A program made the position numbers and the translations under genes. The notes beneath the pieces are model-generated. The model saw nothing but the letters and a program-made list of their open reading frames with translations. It did no database searches and was not told the origin of the DNA. Source: the human T2T-CHM13v2.0 reference genome, Homo sapiens. Taken from it: a stretch of 64,000 nt of DNA. The stretch is from NCBI RefSeq assembly GCF_009914755.1, contig NC_060927.1; one strand, given 5' to 3'. Shown piece by piece: positions 55,291 through 64,000 of this stretch; the first letter of the stretch is position 1; each line of letters begins with the position of its first letter.

Positions 55291-56356
55291 TAGCACAATG
55301 AATAAATAAATTTCATATATACTTGAATATAAATATACTTAAGCATATAAGTATAAATAAACTTGACTATAAATATGCTTCATACATATTTCCTGTATAA
55401 TGAGCTGATATGAAAAAGCACCTTCAGGTAAAATCACCTTGATACGTATGTTTCTAACATATTCATACATGCCAGGGGTTCAAGTAAGAAAACTAACTGC
55501 CAGCCTGTATTTGCTCTTTAATACCTTTTTTTAAAACCAAACTTCAAATGCATGACAGAGACAACATAATAAACATCCTCAGGGTTTCAAGCCATTAGTG
55601 TACAATTTCAGGCAATTTTCACTGAGGGCAGAATTCATAGGTATCTCTCTGGGGAGAGAACACTGAGTCCAAGAAAGAAGAATGAAAAGCCACATTAGTC
55701 ACTTTTCAAAAAGATGGAAGCATTATAGATCTAATTTCTATGTAGATTTTAAAGCTAGCCTGGGCAGTTTCCATCCTTTGCCCCACTTCCAGTTTGTGAG
55801 CAGGCATTTGGGTGATGGTCCTGTGGTCTGGTATGTTTTGCCCTCTTCCCAGCAGGAAAGCTCTTATTTTTTTACCTTGTGCTGTGGCCTCTTGACTGAC
55901 TTTAAGGTCCCAGTAAAAATCCACTTTATCATTGGTGGATATTTTAGGCTTTGCAGGTAATTTTCTTTAGAGCATGATTTAGCAGTTCTATTGGTCTGAG
56001 CAGACTTGTGTAGAAAGAAATGTGATCCAGAAAAAACAGCAGTGCTGGATCCCTGTGAATTCTTGACTCTGTTTCTGTGGTGGCATATTCTTTGATATAG
56101 TCCCTTTTCTCACAACAACTTAGTAGCTATTTCACAAACAGCTGTTTAATTTTAACTTAAGATAAAGCCTGCAACTTGTTTCCAAAGCCTTGCAACTGTT
56201 AAAAACGAACCGAAAGCTGTCAACCTTTCTAATACTGATTGAAAGAAGATATACTCTTTCTTGTAAGTTCAGTTGAAATAGCTAGTTGGCCAATTCTGCA
56301 CACCATGGATTTAATCAGCTAAGCCTAAAGAGATTTTTTTTCTCCTTCCTCTAAAG

Positions 56357-56570
56357 CAGAGGTTCTCAACTAGGGTCAATTTTGCTCCCCAGGGGAGCAT
56401 TTTTAAATGTCTGGAGACATTTTTATTGCCACACTGGGGCCAGTGCTGCTGGCATCTAGTGAGCAGAGGCCAGGAATGCTGCTCAATAGCCTGCAGTGGA
56501 CAGGACAGCCCTCCACAGCAAACAATTAACCACTTCAAAATTTCAGTGCTGCAGAGGTTGAGAAGTCCTG
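56357..56570. mobile_element. MER20 (hAT-Charlie)
   Basis: TIRs CAGAGGTTCTCAAC / GTTGAGAAGTCCTG; typical MER20 body. Confidence 0.85.
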
Positions 56571-56578
56571 CTTTGGAA

Positions 56579-56931
56579 CAGAGGTTTCTAATCCTGGTTG
56601 CACTTTAGAATCATCTATGGGCTTTAAAAACTTCAGTTGCCCAGATGCTTCCCAGACCAAATGAAGCAGTCTTTGGGTAGTGTTGGCTACGTAATTTGTG
56701 GGGCCCAGTGCAAAATGAAAATGTGGGGGCCCTCGTTCAAACATTAACAATTTCAAGACAGTGATACCAGACACTAGAGCATTAAACAAAGTATAGGGCC
56801 TTCCAAGTGTGGGGTCCTGTTTGACTACACATGCTTATAAAGCTAACTCTGTTCTGGGGGATGACCTGGGCATTGATAGTTGTAAAAGATCTCCAGGTGA
56901 CTTCAATGTGCAGTCAGGGTTGACATCACTG
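56579..56931. mobile_element. MER5A-type (hAT-Charlie) interrupted by MER45A-type element (~56678-56850)
   Basis: CACTTTAGAATCATCT...CTCCAGGTGACTTCAATGTGCAGTCAGGGTTGAC; insert GGGGCCCAGTGCAAAATGAAAATGTGGGGGCCC. Confidence 0.75.
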
Positions 56932-57234
56932 CTCTCTAGCATTTATTGCCTGTATCCTTCCTGTAGAAATCAGTGTATGTATGGTCAAGTATGGCCCATC
57001 TTTGGATCTGGACACAGAGCCTCCCAATTAGTATTCAGTTAGCATTTAGCTGTGCTGAATGAACATAGCTGAATAAAGCACTATAACATTATGCCTTGTT
57101 ATCTTCTATTATAAAGTCTTATATGTCTATAGAATATTCTGGCCTTCCAATGAGCTTCAACATCCATGATTTCCTCTGCTCTTCACGTCAATCCTTAATC
57201 TGATCAGGTTGCAGGGCAGGCACATGTGGAATGA

Positions 57235-57360
57235 ATGCACCTGTGTTGTAAGTGAGGAAACAGGCTCAGAGAGGGTAAAACTGGTACAAGTCACACACCT
57301 GTGAGTGGCATGGTAAGGCCTCCAGCCAAGCCTGCCGATTTCCAGGCCAGGGTTATTTTG
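57235..57360 (-). mobile_element. MIR fragment
   Basis: GTGAGGAAACAGGCTCAGAGAGGGTAA...AAGTCACACA. Confidence 0.7.
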
Positions 57361-57402
57361 CACATGCTACAGGAACTTCCTCACCTTTATGCCAGGTTCC
57401 CA

Positions 57403-57403
<1 letters not shown>

Positions 57404-57434
<31 letters not shown>
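57404..57434. repeat. (TG)n microsatellite
   Basis: ~15 TG units. Confidence 0.95.
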
Positions 57435-57435
<1 letters not shown>

Positions 57436-58195
57436 ATGCGCACACGCGCCCATTGGTGGCATGTGGCATGAAAGTGGATGGTACAAGGAGACTTCTACAC
57501 AAGCAGACTTGTGTAGGAGAAGAAGTGGATGGCACAAAAAACAAATGTTTAATTAAATATGTATTAGGAAAAAAAATCAGCACATCAAGCCCATGGCATC
57601 TATTTCTGCTGCAGAAAAGGTTAGAACCACATTTTAAGTGAGTTGTTTGAAAGAAAAACATTAAGCAAATAATAGTAGTGGTAGCACAGAGACATGAAAA
57701 AGCTTCTGAATTACCTACTCAGATGACTGAAATATGAGAAATGCTGTTTTAAGTCTTTCTAGTTTATAGCGAGGATCCAGTGAAATAATCTTATGAAAGA
57801 GCTTTTGTAATAACAGACAAAATACTAAAATCATTATTGCATTTTTGTGTCGTCACCACTAGAACTTGTTTCCAGTATATCACCCCATTTTCAAACCAAG
57901 TCTTGGCATATTACTGGGTTCTTATAGCTATAGAATGTTAGACCACGGACACCAAGTGACCACACGTGGTTGAAAGAAAAGAAAAATATGTAAAATGAAA
58001 TCTATAAATCCTCTATTTCTGGCTTAGTTTTACTCTTCATTATATGAGTCAATTTTAAGATGAATTCCCAAATTATCTGGAAAAAGTGATTAGGAGCTTT
58101 ATAACGATAAACAATTCTCTGTCCAGGCTGTATTCAAAGTATAGTCTTTCACATCCACACAATAGAACTCTTTGCAGCCTCTAAATATAATGAGA

Positions 58196-58808
<613 letters not shown>

Positions 58809-59759
58809 TTACTTTTTTACTTTTACCTTGTCTATCACTTCGCATTTTTCTATGATGAACAAAGAATACAAACTCAAGGAATAACATGCAAACTTGTAAA
58901 GCACACTTGTACACAAAATATGCCAATTCTGCTATAGTCAGACACTATTTTTTTGATGGCATCAGACATATGTATGTGTTGCAAGATGCTGGTTTCATGA
59001 TAACATAGTAGCTGGAGACAATAGTAGAGGGACAGATGAAGCCCTATATACATGAAAGGCGTTTTGAGTGGGAACCAGGAGGGCTGGAGGACAGGACAGA
59101 TGCTGAGCAGCGAGGCCTTGTTTGCTGTTGGCATTTGGGAGAGGTGGTTGGGAGGCTTGTGGGGGTTTACATCCTCCATCAAATTGAATGACATCTGAAC
59201 TGGTTTCAAGGCCATTCCAGAAAAGTGTTGTTACAGAGTCTGCCTCATCTTCCCTGGGTTTTAGGATGAAATTTTTGTGAAATATCACAGAAGCAGCTTT
59301 GATTTGTGGTTTGGGATGGGTATATTTGCTTTGTCACTCTTCTTCTGTTTGTTTTTGCAGAATCACATCTTACTTAATTCCCTGGTTGTGCTTTTCAACA
59401 GGACATTTTACTTTCTGGTTGTCAGAAGTTATAAAACCCCTGAGCTGGAAAGCTTTTTGACAGGAGTTTCAAACGTAGGGGCCCCCTTTTTTTTCCAGTG
59501 GTTTTTTTTAAGCTTTGAGCAATATGTAGGCTGTGTGCATTCATTTGCATAAATGAAGGATTGGGAGGACACCCATCAACTGCTAACAGTATTTATTTCT
59601 GTGAAGGGGTATGTAGCCGCATGGGGATGACAGAGGACTTTTCCTTTGTGTATGTGTATGTGTGTATATATATATATATATTTGTCAACCTCATTAAACA
59701 GGGATATATGTATATTTCAAATATTGCTTTAAAAATGTATGTATTACTTTTATTACCTA

Positions 59760-60146
<387 letters not shown>

Positions 60147-60751
60147 CTAGAGAGCATATTTTACAGATACTTATATTTTAGATAGCAATGAAACAATAAC
60201 TTAATTTTTTCTCTTAAAAATCATTAAAAATTATTTTTAGTGAAAAGAATGAAATCACATGATACATATTTCAGGAAAAATATGTCCTAAATATTTGGTA
60301 GATTTAAAACAATCATTTATTAGCTTTTTTTCTTAAACCTTACCCCATAACTCCCTCTGTACCCCACTCTGATCTTACTGCCCGTCCTCCTTTTACAGTT
60401 CTTTTAAACGTTGTTTTCCATGGTTGTGATTTAAGAAGCATGAAGCTAAGATGTTTTTTAGCACTTTTTTTCAGTTATTAGGGATTCCTGGTGGGTCTTG
60501 TCAAGATATTTTCTACTGTTGCTAGGATCTCAGAGATGAAAGGCTCTCGGAGGTAAACTAAGGAGGACTGTTATGAAAATTAGACGGTAGATTTTGATGC
60601 AACCCAGGGTAGTGTCTTCATACTCTTTCAAAGATAACCGGATTGCTCTTTACTTAAGGAGAGAATATATTTAATTAGAAAACAATCCAAAATTCAGATT
60701 GCTTTTCTTTTTTTCTTTTTCAAACTCTGCATGTGGCATTCAACTAATTCA

Positions 60752-60880
<129 letters not shown>

Positions 60881-61789
60881 TCAGCATCCAGTCAGAGACA
60901 GTGCACCGGGAGCCTGCAGCTTCTTTTCCCCCAAAACACAAAGCAGCAGTAACACGGGCTCTCCTAGTCACTGTTTCTCACTTGCACTTTTCCATCTCTC
61001 ACAGGGAAAGCCTCTAGATCTGGGGTTGCAGAGGTGGATGCAATTGGGGAAAGTGAGTAATAAGTGGTAGGGGAGAAGGTACAGATGTCTCAAATGTTCG
61101 AATCCCTGTGTGTGTGCTCTGGGTGGATGCTGGACTCAGTAGAGAAGCTCTTTGTTCTATGTGACAAGGAATGCACTTGGCTCAGGGTGGTGACACATGA
61201 CCACACTGCAGAGTGCTGGTTCAAGGCAGATCTCAACAGATTGTCCAAATGGAAAACAAGGTTGTGGCCATTTCTTGGCTGAGCCCGTTTCTTGGCTGCA
61301 GAAGGGCAGCTTCCACTGTTATGTCAGGGGCCATGGTCTCACCCTTGACAATATAAGGTCAAGGTGGAATGTGGCTCCTGCTGTCACTTAGGGGGAATTG
61401 CCGCATACTAGTATGTGAACTGTATGTGTTCTTGAACAAATCTATTCATGGAACTGGAGCTTATGTCCTTCTGTGAATGAGACTTAAAGACTTGGGTCAA
61501 GCATGGTGAGTACCGTCGTGGCATCAGATACAACTCAGGATAATGCTTCTCAAAGGGTGGTATGATAGACTTGAACATTTTAGAATTTTAATAATGTTGT
61601 ATTTATTTTAATACGTTTATCTTTAGCGTGGTACATGACTTAAAGGACATTAACGTTTAGGAAGAGCTTGATATTTAAATGTGTATTGATTTTATTTTTA
61701 ATGTTAAGTGAATGATAACATACAGCATAAAATGTGATGGCGGTATATAAAAGACAAGCTTCAGGACCACTGCCGCAGGGTTGTAATCC

Positions 61790-62120
61790 TTCCCTCCTGA
61801 GAGACCTCTATTTCTGACTCTCCAAAGTTTACCTTTCTTTCAAGGTTCAGAAGAAAGTCCATTTCTTTCCTGAAGCCTTCCCTGACCACCCTGTCAGCAG
61901 AGGCCCCTTCCTCCTCTGGAGCCCACTGAGACTCATTCTCTTTACATCTCATTTGGCACATCAGATACCTCCTGGGACTTGCCCAGCATCTCTGTGTACA
62001 CCCCTTGTCTTTCCCAGCCTGGACTCTGCAGGAGGACAGGGCCATATCTTCTCTTCTTTGTACTTTCCACTGTGCCAAGAACAGAGTTTTGCATATCATA
62101 GAGACAAAATACATATTTGA
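61790..62120. mobile_element. L2 3' fragment
   Basis: CCTGAAGCCTTCCCTGACCACCC...GGACAGGGCCATATCT...CACTGTGCCAAGAACAGAG. Confidence 0.6.
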
Positions 62121-62454
62121 GGATATACCTTATCATGGATCTAAATAATAAAATGTATTTATTTATGAAACTTGTACAAACAAGCTTTGGTGTTGTCCAC
62201 CAATATTTACAGCCACAAGAAGGAGGAACCTACTAGGGTATTGTAAGAACAGATTCAAACTTGACTGACGACATCCACTTGCCCATTAAGATGGCCAAAC
62301 CAACTGTAGGAAAGGACGTGTCAACAAAAGAGAATCTACTAGAAAAAAACATTGCATTCATGTTTCCAATATGGAGATTTTTCAATACAAGAGTACATTG
62401 TTTATGTGATCCCAATCCTATAGAAAATACCTGTGTAAACATCTGTAGAATTTA

Positions 62455-62784
<330 letters not shown>

Positions 62785-63573
62785 TCAAACCTTGGCCAAG
62801 GTGTAGTATGTCCTTTCTAGCCCACTTCACTGCTGCTCTTTGCTGCCCTTGGCTGCCCTCTCCTTATCCAGCCTCTTCTCTCCTCATGTCCTTCCTCATT
62901 GCCCCGTTAAACTGAGGGAGATCAGAGAGGCTTTGTAGAACTCGCTTTGGAGTTATACACCTCGGTTCTACTGCTTTCTAACTCCTACTTACTAACTTCT
63001 TTGAGTTTCAATCCAATCCACAATCAAGGATAAAAAGAACTTTTCTCCAGGTTTATTGCAAAAGTTAAATGAAGTAATTAATTATTTGAACCTTCCTTGG
63101 TTCTTGGAATATGCTAGATCCACAGCAAAATTAATATGTGTCCCTCTCTAATGCACTTCTCCCCTGTCTTTTCTTGGACAGGTTTCTTTTCTGCTTAGAA
63201 TTTTCTGAAGGTGCCTTGCAATCTCTAGGATCAAATCTAAACTACCTAATAAACATTCAGGGCTTCTCATCAGTTGGCTTTATTTAGCTTGATGACAACA
63301 CTCTACTTGCTGACAAGTAGAATAGCTTCCCTGGCTGGCTTTCTAGGTGCAGAGTTAAAACATCTTCAAAGTCTTCTTTACGGAGACTTTTGCTAAAATG
63401 CATATGCTTTTCCCTTTATGGATTAATGTATCCGTTTTGCTATGTGTGACCTGACAGGGGCCAGGGCCCTCAGGTAGCAGAATAAATTCCAGTGCCATAG
63501 GAGCCAGATAGTTACTGAAATGAGTGAGAGAAATGGGGAGGGGTGAGGCCTGATGCAAACAGATGCTTTTATA

Positions 63574-63995
63574 TATAGGTTTCCTATTGCTGCTGTAACA
63601 AAGTGCCACAGGCTTGGTGGCTTAAAACAACACGAATTTATTATCTCACCGTTCTGGAGGTTAAAAGTCCAATATGGGTCTCACTGTGCTAAAGTCAAAG
63701 TGCTCACAAACCAGTATTCCTTCTGGAAGCTTTTGGGGTAATTCTGTTTCCTTTCCTTTTCCAGCTTCTAGAAGTCACCCTCATTCCTTGGCTAGTGGCC
63801 CCACATCACATAACCCTCCTCCCTCTGCTTCCCTGGTCACATTTCTCTGACTCTCCTGCCTCCCGCTTTCCCTTATAAAGACCCTTTTGATTAATTGAGC
63901 CCATCTGGATAATCCAGGATAATGTCCCCCACCCACTCTCAAGATCTTTAACTTGATCATCTGCAAATCCCTTCAATCAGTTAGGTAACATAACA
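63574..63995 (-). mobile_element. MLT1B/C-type MaLR LTR
   Basis: TTTCCTATTGCTGCTGTAACAAAGTGCCAC..GGCTTAAAACAACAC...GGATAATCCAGGATAAT...TAAGGTAAC-like end. Confidence 0.85.
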
Positions 63996-64000
63996 GTAGT

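Overview
Primate (human-like) genomic DNA with no recognisable host protein-coding exon, RNA gene, CpG island or CRISPR array. Bases 1-46,300 are a dense, nested stack of retroelements: ERV1/ERVL relics, a full-length old L1PA, a 7.1-kb HERV-W processed pseudogene and many Alus. Bases 46,300-64,000 are mostly unique AT-rich sequence with scattered MIR, L2, hAT and Alu copies. Nearly all listed ORFs are spurious or decayed retroviral/L1 frames. I found no convincing new biological system. The most notable structures are: (1) two ERV transcripts that appear to have been copied by L1 machinery, a classic HERV-W retrocopy and, less expectedly, a MER4-type element ending in poly(A) between ~20-bp TSDs; (2) a young AluYa5; (3) LTRs carrying fossil PBS/LTR ends; (4) several short local duplications. 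Family names come from recalled consensus sequences, not a database search. Boundaries without TSD support are approximate.
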